From positions 558,001 through 622,000 of the forward strand of contig CBFFSA010000003.1 in the NCBI GenBank assembly GCA_965644495.1: a stretch of 64,000 nucleotides of DNA, written 5' to 3'. Below the pieces are notes generated by a model that ran no database searches, was not told the DNA's origin, and worked only from the letters and a program-made list of their open reading frames with translations. The DNA comes from Perkinsela sp. CCAP 1560/9. Lineage: Eukaryota > Protista > Euglenozoa: Kinetoplastea. Below, in pieces: positions 21,140-31,036 of this stretch. The first letter of the stretch is position 1, and each line of letters opens with the position of its first letter. The translations under genes were made by a program, and so were the position numbers.

Positions 21140-21715
21140 ATGACAGGAATTCGAGGGAAGAGAACTCGTCGAGCGAAGCGGATTATTAACGTCCGAACGA
21201 AGGCTCACCGCTCCAAGCGCCACGCAGAAGAAAAGATACTGCGCCATCTCTCAAAAGACAATGAGCTTTCAAGAACATATTTGGCACCCCGATGTCTAGA
21301 GCGTAAGTCCACAAAAGCGGCTTATAGTGTCCTGGGCATGCAATGCTCCGTCATGACACGTCAAGATTTGTCACATGCTCGTCAGAAAACTGCACAAGTA
21401 GTAAATGATGAAATGAGCGATGTGTCTCTTGCGACTAAAGGTGTAAAAAGGGAAGCAAGTGAAGATAACATACACCTGGACTTTGAGTGTGAGCAACGCA
21501 AGGCGAAGCTCCCACATTTTTCCTCCGGAATGTGCGCATGGCTTGCAGAGCTAATAAAAATACATGGTCAAGATTACCGTGCAATGTTTTATGATCTGAA
21601 ACACAATCCATACCAGCTTACAGAAAATAAACTGAGGAAATACTGTACAGCTTATGAAAAGCTACGTGAAGCCTCCGCAGATCATTTTTCACATGAGTCT
21701 AATGATATCTCTTAG
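21140..21715 (+). CDS. NOP16: Ribosome biogenesis protein Nop16
   Basis: Basic N-terminus; WLAELIKIHGQDYRAMFYDLKHNPYQLTENKLR. Confidence 0.85.
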   Translation: MTGIRGKRTRRAKRIINVRTKAHRSKRHAEEKILRHLSKDNELSRTYLAPRCLERKSTKAAYSVLGMQCSVMTRQDLSHARQKTAQVVNDEMSDVSLATKGVKREASEDNIHLDFECEQRKAKLPHFSSGMCAWLAELIKIHGQDYRAMFYDLKHNPYQLTENKLRKYCTAYEKLREASADHFSHESNDIS

Positions 21716-21916
21716 TGGAGCGCATATGTCCCGAAAGGTAATTCTTCCAGGCATATGATGTGTAAGAAGGCCACAAAATGTTCGGCCGAACGGAACAGAA
21801 CCCCAACCATAATTGGAACTATTTCGTTATTGTGAATTTTCTAGTATTTGTCTACTCTACTGAATATTCTTACTTACCAATGCTGACTTTACTCTCATTT
21901 AAGCCCTTCTGTCCCC

Positions 21917-24277
21917 ATGTCTGGGTTTCCCCAACCCTCTCCCAGCCCCTGGGGTACCCAACCCAAGCCTGGAAATCCATGGAACCCCACCGCCCCTCCC
22001 ACACAAACCCCCACCGCCCCCTCCTCCTTCCCGACCTCAGGTACTACCCTCTCCTGGGGCAGTGCCCTCTCCTCCGCACCCACCCCACCTCCCTGGGGCG
22101 GGTCTACCTCGAACTCTGCCAACCCACCCCCCTCAACGGGGACCACGAGCAACCCCTGGGGTTCAGCTCCAGCCCTTTCCAACCCAACCCTCTCCTCCTC
22201 TTCTTCCGCTGCTCCTCCCCCCACCCCCGCGAGTACCTCTACCACCTCCCATCCCTGGGGCGCGACGACGAGTACGACGGCGGTGGCTCCCTTAGTAACC
22301 TCTCAACCTACAGCCTCAGCTACGGCCCCTCCCACGGGCTGGGGCTCTACGACTTCAGCATCCGCACCGTTCAGTGCCAGCACTACGCCCTGGGGAGCCG
22401 CCGCGAAAGTGACACAACCCGCAGCGCTGGCCTGGAATGCCCCAACCGGGGCTTCAACCGGGGCTTCCATTCAGCCGGTACCCCCGACCGGGTCCTCACT
22501 CTCTTGGGGGAGTGGAGCAAGAGAAGGCGTAGGCGGGGGTTCAACAACAGGAGCTAGTGGATCTGTGGGGGGGATGACGACCACGGGGAGTGGTCCATCA
22601 TGGGGGAGTACAGCGACAGGAACCCCAGCCACGACCACGGGGACAACGGGGGGGTTCGCGTCTTCTACGGGACCTTCTGTCCCAGGTACAGGGTTGGGAG
22701 AGGTCAAAGCAGGATGGGGAGGGGTGGGTGGGACGTCTGGGACGGCGTCCCAAAGCGCGCCGGGTTCGTTGTGGGGGGCACCCAAGACGGGGAGTTCGGC
22801 GGGGGGTACCGGCACCTCCGGGACCTGGCCAGCACCCTCCGGGTTAAGTGCGGGGTCTGCGACCAGTGGTACAGCGACGGCGGCCTCCTCCGCTACGCCG
22901 TTTGGTGGCGGTACGCTCCTAGGTGCAGTATCCACTTCGCAACCCATGAAGGCCTCAGGTGGGGTCTCCTGGACACTTGGTTCCTCGCCCGCTGGTACAA
23001 ATAGTGCTTCAGCTGACAAGCCCGCGTGGGGGGCATCGCAACCGTCCCAGATCGGGACGATTGCCGGCAAATCAGAGATCCAATCTGCGGGTGCGGCGAA
23101 GAATGCCTTCGGTTTTACCCCACAGGACACCAACAAGCCTACTTCAAGTGTGACAAATGCGAATCCATTCGGGGCACAGCCCGCTGCGTCAACGACGACT
23201 CCTGCCGTGACCAGTACGTTCGCCATGGCACCAAGTGCTACAGCTTCTGTCCCGGCGATGCCTACTTTTCCTGGTGCATCGGTCAGTGCTCCGAGTATAC
23301 CACAACCACCGCCCCTAACGAGTGATTCTGCTAAGTCCACTGGTGCGACTAGTTTGTTAGGCAGCTCAACCACTTCCTCGGGGACTGGTACGTTTCCAAG
23401 TACCTCCATGAATGTGACGAAAACTGTCGGATCGGAAGGCACGGCACACAAACCAGGAATAGGGTCTACGGGAAGCTCTACGGATCCGCCGAAAGCTCTG
23501 TCAGGCGGTTTCGGCTTTGGGGGCGCCGGGACAACACTCAGTACTACGCCGTCAGCGCCCAGCACCGCAGTGAAGAGTACCAGATCGGATACAAGTTTGT
23601 TAGATGATCGGTTACAAGGACGCACTCTGGGACAAATTTTGACCGACTGGGATACCAACTTCTCAGCTGATACGGAACAGTTCCAGAATTGGTGTAAGAT
23701 TGTGCAGCAATGGGATCAATACATTGTTTCGAAGGGAGATACTTTACTTAATGTACAGGAAGTCATAAAAAGTCTACACGACAGACAAGTGAATTTGGTG
23801 GATGAGATCGGGCTATTGGAGAAATTGGAGGAGAAATTAGAGGGCGAAACAAGCCGATTGACTGAAGAAATCAAACAACCGTACGGCGCAATGCTCGCTG
23901 AAGCTGGAGTACAGGAGGGTACTGATGGATCTGGGCTTACGGTCAAATCAGAGGTGGAAGCCATGAGTCATAATCAATCTTTCCAGCAAAAGGTAGGTTT
24001 AGAAAACACTCGGCGCCGCTTACAGCTCTATGACGACATTGATCTCATTGCAAGTAAGGTTGAATATTTGGATAACCGAGTTTATGATGCACTCCAATCT
24101 CTAAGCGCGGCGCGCCCGTCCACGACGATCGAAAAACTATCAGCTTCGTGTGAGCCTTCGGGCTCTATGCTGAAGGAAATACTAGGGAACCAGTTGACCA
24201 GCTTAGACACACTGGTTTCTCAATCGGAAGAGCTGGAAGATCTGCAACGGAGAGCATTAGAAAATCTTCCTGCCTGA
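21917..24277 (+). CDS. NUP62: Nup62/Nsp1-like nucleoporin
   Basis: S/T/G/P-rich region with WG/FG dipeptides, then Nsp1_C-like coiled coil (TLGQILTDW...F...C..VQQWDQYIV). Confidence 0.8.
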   Translation: MSGFPQPSPSPWGTQPKPGNPWNPTAPPTQTPTAPSSFPTSGTTLSWGSALSSAPTPPPWGGSTSNSANPPPSTGTTSNPWGSAPALSNPTLSSSSSAAPPPTPASTSTTSHPWGATTSTTAVAPLVTSQPTASATAPPTGWGSTTSASAPFSASTTPWGAAAKVTQPAALAWNAPTGASTGASIQPVPPTGSSLSWGSGAREGVGGGSTTGASGSVGGMTTTGSGPSWGSTATGTPATTTGTTGGFASSTGPSVPGTGLGEVKAGWGGVGGTSGTASQSAPGSLWGAPKTGSSAGGTGTSGTWPAPSGLSAGSATSGTATAASSATPFGGGTLLGAVSTSQPMKASGGVSWTLGSSPAGTNSASADKPAWGASQPSQIGTIAGKSEIQSAGAAKNAFGFTPQDTNKPTSSVTNANPFGAQPAASTTTPAVTSTFAMAPSATASVPAMPTFPGASVSAPSIPQPPPLTSDSAKSTGATSLLGSSTTSSGTGTFPSTSMNVTKTVGSEGTAHKPGIGSTGSSTDPPKALSGGFGFGGAGTTLSTTPSAPSTAVKSTRSDTSLLDDRLQGRTLGQILTDWDTNFSADTEQFQNWCKIVQQWDQYIVSKGDTLLNVQEVIKSLHDRQVNLVDEIGLLEKLEEKLEGETSRLTEEIKQPYGAMLAEAGVQEGTDGSGLTVKSEVEAMSHNQSFQQKVGLENTRRRLQLYDDIDLIASKVEYLDNRVYDALQSLSAARPSTTIEKLSASCEPSGSMLKEILGNQLTSLDTLVSQSEELEDLQRRALENLPA

Positions 24278-24631
24278 ACTATTCGGCACAAATTTATGCT
24301 TTTGCGCAGTACTCTTAAGTAGTACTCGTATCATGAGGAGAAATTGTAGTATTCCGGTTCACAATCCAGAGGATTCACGTTTTTAGATGTTTTCAGCGAT
24401 TGAATTTAAGCGATGCTTGCTTGACGCTCGTAATTCGTCCCCTTGGATTCCACTGCTAAGACAGGAATAACAAGACGTGAGTATGGTTTTACATTCTATG
24501 TAAAAGCTTTACGAAGGATACAGACTTCATAATATCGCAAAGAATTGAATAGGAAGACATAGCGCGTGTTCGATTTAACTTTCCAACTTATATAAACCTA
24601 CTTCTTCTTTTTACCCTTAACTTCACATGAC

Positions 24632-26197
24632 ATGAGGCGCTGCTTTCGACTTTTACGCCACTCCGCTCTGCCATGGGAATCTACCTTAAAACAGAAAATT
24701 CCCACCCTTCACGATCGCGGGAGTCCGTACTACAAAGCGCTCGGGACGGCTATTCTGAATGAGTCCAAAGTATGCGACGCAGGGGAGGGCACCTACGCGG
24801 AGTGTCTCATTGCACGACGACAGCTGGAGCAAATACTCCGCAGCATGGGGTACGAGCTTGATGTCCTGTTCTTTGGGGGTCTCGTCTCCCTGGGATTCTT
24901 CGAAGTCAGCGGGGATTTAGACTTTGTCGGGCTCGGCGACGTCGAGCCTCGACATGAGGAGGCGGCGGCGATTGCACAGCGTGTGTCCAAGGAGATGCGA
25001 CGGCTGGGACTGCGCTCGATGGCGATTCCCAGAGCAAAAGTTCCCGTGGTGCGCTGTGATCGCACTTCCGTGTGGCTCCCCGGGACTCCCGTGACACCGG
25101 AGAGTGCGACAGTGTCGTTTCCCTTCGCCCGCCCGCTAAGCTCCGAGGAACGTGACTCATTCTGGTCTCGGTTAGAATCTCGTTACGGTGTCCGGCTGCG
25201 ACAAACGTGGCGAGCGGACCACCAGTGTGTGGCAGTACAGTTTCACAACACCGAGGACGCTGTGCACGCGATGACGAGTATTCGCAGACACGGGGATGTG
25301 GAGATTCCAGTGCGTGCGCCGCTGGATGCGAGAAACGCCCCCGAGCTGTATCGCTACCCCTTTGACCTGTGTTTCGGCTCTATGGGATTGCAAAATACAT
25401 TTTTGATGCGTCGCGCGTTGATGGCCTATCCGGGAGCCAGACATCTATTGTTAGCGCTGAAGAAATGGGGAAAAGGTTGCAGGACGATAAACTCATTGGA
25501 TGGGTATTTGGCGTCCTATGCGTACACTAGCATGCTAGCCCACTTTTTGGTGCAGTGTGACAGAATAGCACCACTGAATCCAGAAGAGTTAATGACGGAA
25601 CCACAGCTGCTACCGAAGGATCCGGAATACGTGTCGTTGCGCGCAGACAGCCCTGATCCAACTGATGTAGGATACCTGTTTGTGCACTTTATTTGCTACT
25701 TTGCTCACAGTTTTGATTACGATAACAGTGTGGTGTGCTGCACGACGAAGGATATGTCTAAATCTTCTCTTCATTGGACCACGGAACTCGAAGGGGAAAA
25801 CGGAAAGCCTCCGTATTACTCATTTGCAATGAAAGATCCGTACGGTTCAGAGAACATTGCGCGAGTTGTTGATGCAACGCGACTCAAATTTATTCGAGAC
25901 AGCTTCTCACTGGCAGCACACGTGCTGTGCTCCGAAGCGAACGACCCCGAGTTCGCGTTGAAGCATCTCTTGGAAGATGCCCCAAGACCTTCCATAAAGC
26001 AAAATTTAGAGACATCCATGGAAACAGAAGACGCTCGACGGCTTTTGTTCAAGAAACAATTTCAGCATCAACGACACCGTAAGGATACGTACGGTGAACA
26101 TGCCATGCAAGAACAAAAGCAACAAACTGCTGCGTCTAGCATTGCGCAAAGCGTCGTAGGATGGTTAGGGACTCGGAAAAAACAATCACAAAATTAA
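24632..26197 (+). CDS. Mitochondrial non-canonical poly(A) polymerase/TUTase of the KPAP1/RET2 family (most likely KPAP1)
   Basis: Mito-type N-terminus; FGG..GDLDFV catalytic motif; RET2-like middle-domain insertion; PELY..FDL, GYLASYAY, KDPY...NIAR. Confidence 0.82.
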   Translation: MRRCFRLLRHSALPWESTLKQKIPTLHDRGSPYYKALGTAILNESKVCDAGEGTYAECLIARRQLEQILRSMGYELDVLFFGGLVSLGFFEVSGDLDFVGLGDVEPRHEEAAAIAQRVSKEMRRLGLRSMAIPRAKVPVVRCDRTSVWLPGTPVTPESATVSFPFARPLSSEERDSFWSRLESRYGVRLRQTWRADHQCVAVQFHNTEDAVHAMTSIRRHGDVEIPVRAPLDARNAPELYRYPFDLCFGSMGLQNTFLMRRALMAYPGARHLLLALKKWGKGCRTINSLDGYLASYAYTSMLAHFLVQCDRIAPLNPEELMTEPQLLPKDPEYVSLRADSPDPTDVGYLFVHFICYFAHSFDYDNSVVCCTTKDMSKSSLHWTTELEGENGKPPYYSFAMKDPYGSENIARVVDATRLKFIRDSFSLAAHVLCSEANDPEFALKHLLEDAPRPSIKQNLETSMETEDARRLLFKKQFQHQRHRKDTYGEHAMQEQKQQTAASSIAQSVVGWLGTRKKQSQN

Positions 26198-26651
26198 TGG
26201 ATTTATGTAGTGTGCCGGATTTTTTTGCTTTGAATTCTTGTAGCCGGCCGCAAACGAAGATTATTTTAATATTATCGCGATAGAAATACACGTATAGTAC
26301 ATATGCCACTATCATGCACTTTGACGCATGTCCTAGGAGACAGACTATATAGAATGTAATCTCCGCATTAGAATATCTACGTGAGTGTTACATCTGTGGC
26401 TTTGTCTGGTATTTCGTGATATTCATGTTCATCGGAAGATACTTCGTATTCTACAGAAAACGGAATAATCGCGCAGGATGGGCACGATTGCTTCCGCCTG
26501 GTATTTCTTCTTTTTGCACTTCAGATAATGGTGCATCCTAAACTAGACATCCTCATTAGACATTTCGGTCAGTAAAGCTTATGCTTTACACTTTGGTTCT
26601 TTATATAGTACACGTTGGTTCTTTAGTGTCCACTATCTCACTTACTACTAC

Positions 26652-28808
26652 ATGTTGAATTTGAAACGAGGACGAAAAGACCAACCTGCAAAGCGAATTA
26701 ACGTTCCAGGGAGAAAGAAGCGTAGTCCAAAGCCGGAGCACCCTGAAAAGGGAAATGTTAAGAAATCTCAAACTATGCACGATTTCTCCCCGGTGGTTCA
26801 TAAGGGCTCTGGAACGAGGATTAGAGTGACATGTCTCCCGCGTGATGTTAAAGAAGGGGAACTCCGAGATCGTTTCAGCGCAGAAGGTGAAATAACTGAT
26901 CTTGTCATCTTACGTACCGTACTTGGGATCCCTCGCATGGCATTCATTGGGTATAAGCTACCTCCCGCAGCCACTAAGGCCATAAAACGTCACAACAGTT
27001 CGTTTTTCAAAAACTGCAGGATACAAGTCGAACTTGCTCGCCCGCCAGAACTTTGTACGCGCGCAAGTCAGGAGGCATTGTTGAACGAAACGCATATAGC
27101 TTTGAAAAACAGAACTTCAACACTACGGGAAAGCAATACGGGAATTTCAAGGTCGGACGATTCGAAGGGTGAAACGGCAAACCTTCCATCTCAAAACTCT
27201 GCAATATCTAAAAGCGATGCACATTTTCTTGCGTCTATTACAGCTGCAAACGAAAAATTCGATGATACGCCAGTTGTTGACAGCTCGAAGGTTTCTGAAG
27301 AATCTGAAACCATATATTTAAATGAAATATCTCCCGACACAACTCGCATTATCTTGAAAAATATACCGTATACCGCTCAGGATACGTCGATTCGAAAAAT
27401 GTGTTCGAAAGCTGTGGGTCCAGTGGAAGAAGTGCATATTCCACTTACGCTAGATTCTCGGCAATCCAAAGGCGTGGCGTTCGTTACATTTTCTCGTAGC
27501 AGGGATGTCATAGATGCGTTAAGGAAATTGAGCGGTCGCATGTTTCAGGGACGTTTGTTGGTAGCTGAAGTGGCAGAGGAGATACCAACACGTAAATTTG
27601 ATTCGTCGAAAGATGAACAGTTTCGGAAGAAAGCAAAAACTGAGACAGCGTCTGCTCTATCTAATCCGTTGTATATCAACACAAATACTGCTACAGCAGA
27701 AGTCGCTTCCCGACTCAAAATTACCAAGCACGACCTTGTGAATACTTCAATTGAAAATGTAGCTGTACGAGCGGCAGCTGCGGAGGCCCTTCTAACATCG
27801 GAAACACAAGTAGTTTTAAGTAAAGATGGAATAAATGTTGAATGCCTTCGACCTGAGAGACTAAACATCAATACTCCAAGGAGCAGCGACACGCTGCTTG
27901 TAAAAAACCTGCCTCAGTTAACGGCCACCATTATGGATGAATTGAAGACACTATTCGAACAACATGGATCCTTAGAAAAAATATGCTCTCCGAGCAGAGT
28001 CGGTCCTGTCATAATTTCTTACTTACACGCAACAGATGCTGGCGCGGCATTTCGACGACTTTCATTTCATGTTTTTCATGAGAAGCCCTTGTTTCTTCAG
28101 TGGGCACCTTTGGGTTTACTGACTACTCAAACCATAGAAAAAGAAGTCCAAGGGGACGAAATTGATGTTGATGATACGGAATTCATGAGTGGGTCTACTG
28201 TCCACGTAAAGAATCTTCCACATTCGTGTACCAACACTCAGTTGCGAGAGACGTTTTCAAAACATTTTACAAAGGTGAAACGGAATCCTGAATGCATTCG
28301 TAGCATAAAAGTACTAGCTCAGAAAGGGTATGGATTCGTAGAGTTCGTGGACGCAAATGTAAGGAATTTGTGCTTACGAGCTTTTGAAAATGCTTGTGCT
28401 ACCCTTGATGGTAGGATATTGACGCTTGAAAAGGCGCACACCCATGCAGGTGCGCAAGAAGAGACGTTGCACCGCACAGAAAACCATTCGACGACGTTCA
28501 ATGATGTGGAGGATATATTGAGGTGTCCTCCGGGATATGACCCCCTGAAGCTAACGCTGAAGAACGTGCCTTTCGAGGCAACACCTAGCGAAATTAAGTC
28601 ATTGTTTTCTGCCTTTACAGAAATTCGAACTGTTCGCATACCAAAACGATTGTACCGATACGACACCACCAGAAAAAGTAATCACAGGGGATTTGCATTT
28701 GTTGAGTTTACTACGGAGGATGGAGCACGTGAAGCTCTTCGAATGCTTAGCCAAACGCATTTATACGGACGACATTTGATTTTGGAGTATGCTAAAATGG
28801 GCGACTAA
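26652..28808 (+). CDS. MRD1: Multi-RRM ribosome biogenesis factor Mrd1/RBM19
   Basis: Five RRMs, including LLVKNLP, LFLQWAP, KNVPFEAT, HRGFAFVEF, THLYGRHLILEYA. Confidence 0.9.
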   Translation: MLNLKRGRKDQPAKRINVPGRKKRSPKPEHPEKGNVKKSQTMHDFSPVVHKGSGTRIRVTCLPRDVKEGELRDRFSAEGEITDLVILRTVLGIPRMAFIGYKLPPAATKAIKRHNSSFFKNCRIQVELARPPELCTRASQEALLNETHIALKNRTSTLRESNTGISRSDDSKGETANLPSQNSAISKSDAHFLASITAANEKFDDTPVVDSSKVSEESETIYLNEISPDTTRIILKNIPYTAQDTSIRKMCSKAVGPVEEVHIPLTLDSRQSKGVAFVTFSRSRDVIDALRKLSGRMFQGRLLVAEVAEEIPTRKFDSSKDEQFRKKAKTETASALSNPLYINTNTATAEVASRLKITKHDLVNTSIENVAVRAAAAEALLTSETQVVLSKDGINVECLRPERLNINTPRSSDTLLVKNLPQLTATIMDELKTLFEQHGSLEKICSPSRVGPVIISYLHATDAGAAFRRLSFHVFHEKPLFLQWAPLGLLTTQTIEKEVQGDEIDVDDTEFMSGSTVHVKNLPHSCTNTQLRETFSKHFTKVKRNPECIRSIKVLAQKGYGFVEFVDANVRNLCLRAFENACATLDGRILTLEKAHTHAGAQEETLHRTENHSTTFNDVEDILRCPPGYDPLKLTLKNVPFEATPSEIKSLFSAFTEIRTVRIPKRLYRYDTTRKSNHRGFAFVEFTTEDGAREALRMLSQTHLYGRHLILEYAKMGD

Positions 28809-28971
28809 TTTACTCTTCTTTCAAGAATATCGGATTCGAATGAAGTTTCCGTAAATAATTGACTTGTGTGTAAACATACTCATCTCTTACAGTGCCAACT
28901 GCTTTGGAAATCAAAAACTCTATACGTTTCATAACTCCCAATAACGTAATACAATCGCACATTATTCTACT

Positions 28972-30831
28972 ATGGTATTCGGAAATGATTTATGGTCGCC
29001 CATCAATAGAGGTCAAAACAATAAAATGAGGAAATCCGCATTGATTTACGACGCTGCCTGTGCACTGCATCGCTCTGAACAATCTAGTACACATCCGGAA
29101 TGTCCAGAACGCGTTACGGTGACTCTTCAGCACTTAAAGAATGCTGGCCTATTGGAAAAGGTCGCGCTTGTTGATTCAGCACCACTATGCTCTCAAGCGA
29201 GGTTATCGTACGCGCACGATCCTGAATATGTCGAAACAACGGTGGAGTTTCTCCGCAGTCGACAATACATCCCGTTAAGCGACAACAATCAGGAGTGTGA
29301 TGCTGATGAGTTATTGGACATGATAGAGAACGAAGACCTTTCTAACAAATGTTGTTCGAATGACGTCACTGATACCAGACGGTTTGAGGCAACTGACCGT
29401 AATGAAACTTATGCCACAGATTGCGAAGAAGGAATGAGCTCTGGCACTGCAAGTGAAACCGTATTTGACCAATCTAGTGATTTGTTTTATAATCAATATT
29501 CCCACGACGCATGTCTAAAGGCTGCAGGTGGAGCTGTGGAGGCGGCACTCATGGTCGCGAGAGGTGAAGTGCACAATGCGTTCTGTCTGACACGTCCTCC
29601 CGGTCACCACGCTGACTATAAGAAAGCCAGTGGTTTTTGTTTCTTCAATAACGTAGCAGTGGCAGCCCAAACATTGCTACGCGAGACTTCCCATATACGC
29701 AAGATTCTAATATTTGACTGGGATGTCCACCATGGGGACGGTACGGAAAATATCTTTTATGACGACCCGCAGGTGCTTTGCTTTTCAATGCATCAATTTG
29801 CAAAGGGTCGCCCGCATATTTTACTTGCGAACAATAAAACGATTCTTTCGAATGAAAAACCTCTGGGTGACGATGTGCAAGCATATCACCCTGACGCGTC
29901 AACTAGCCACGCGGACGATCCCAATAAGGAAGGGGGTATAATCAAGAGAGAAACGCAACATAAAGAGGTCAAAGAGCCTCCTACGACTTTTGAACATGGC
30001 AAACCAAGGTCATTCGCTGATGTGGAAGACGAATATAGAGGAGACTTCAATGAGTCTGTCAAACGAACCAGAAGATCTCGTAATATTGACTACGTTTCTC
30101 TGGCTAAAAACTTGGAAGATCAAGGCAGATTAAACGACAATTTTTTCTATGATGAGCTTTTTACGCAAGAAACCCGGGTTAACCATCAACTCGACGACGT
30201 CAGAACGTTCGGATATAGCAAAGAAGTGCAATCCCCGTCCCGCGATGGGGCCTCCGTCCGATCACTTGCTGAGGAATCGGAAGCTGACGATTCCGATTTC
30301 TCCTATGATCCAGAGGGATCATCTTGCGGCTCATTGTCCAACGCCGAAACGTACGACAGTACACAACCTTGCTTCTATCCCGGAACTGGAAAAGCCGACC
30401 GACTAGGTGGAGTTGGTGCGTTAGGTCGGAATATAAATATCCCGTGGCCGGCTCACGGTTTTGGAGACCTAGAGTATTGCTACATAGTGGAACGAATTCT
30501 CCTGCCAGTAATAGACAATTTTCAGCCTGACTTTGTATTTATTGCCTCCGGATTTGATGCCGTTCGTGGAGATACCTTGGGGAGCATGAACGTTACTCCA
30601 AGTGGTTTCGCACGCATGACTGAACTTATCTTGAATAGTGTGCCTCATGGTAGAGTCGTATGTACACTTGAAGGCGGATACAATGTTTCTCAAGTAGCGC
30701 TTTGCGCAGAATCTGTCATTCGGACTCTTTTGGGAGGAAAAGCAATACAGGAATCTCCCATACTGATACACCGTGCTCAACGGCTCGCGACAGAGACACA
30801 TAAAGGGATTCAACCACTCTTCAGGAAATGA
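28972..30831 (+). CDS. Class II histone deacetylase with large acidic insertion (DAC3-like)
   Basis: HPECPER, RPPGHHA, GFCFFNNVA, DWDVHHGDGT, YPGTG, ASGFDA, LEGGYN. Confidence 0.95.
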   Translation: MVFGNDLWSPINRGQNNKMRKSALIYDAACALHRSEQSSTHPECPERVTVTLQHLKNAGLLEKVALVDSAPLCSQARLSYAHDPEYVETTVEFLRSRQYIPLSDNNQECDADELLDMIENEDLSNKCCSNDVTDTRRFEATDRNETYATDCEEGMSSGTASETVFDQSSDLFYNQYSHDACLKAAGGAVEAALMVARGEVHNAFCLTRPPGHHADYKKASGFCFFNNVAVAAQTLLRETSHIRKILIFDWDVHHGDGTENIFYDDPQVLCFSMHQFAKGRPHILLANNKTILSNEKPLGDDVQAYHPDASTSHADDPNKEGGIIKRETQHKEVKEPPTTFEHGKPRSFADVEDEYRGDFNESVKRTRRSRNIDYVSLAKNLEDQGRLNDNFFYDELFTQETRVNHQLDDVRTFGYSKEVQSPSRDGASVRSLAEESEADDSDFSYDPEGSSCGSLSNAETYDSTQPCFYPGTGKADRLGGVGALGRNINIPWPAHGFGDLEYCYIVERILLPVIDNFQPDFVFIASGFDAVRGDTLGSMNVTPSGFARMTELILNSVPHGRVVCTLEGGYNVSQVALCAESVIRTLLGGKAIQESPILIHRAQRLATETHKGIQPLFRK

Positions 30832-31036
30832 AAACTTGCCTGGCCTGCCAGTGTGAAATACATAGGGGATTAGGGATAATGCTAATACGGAGGAATCGGT
30901 ACGACTGTGGTTCGTTCCATAGATTTTATATGTATTACGATACTATGATAGAACCTTTCCACCTTGTGTGCTCAAACTTCCACGCACCTTCCCGCAAAAA
31001 CGCTTTTTACCATCATTTTTACCATTTTTTCCAAAT

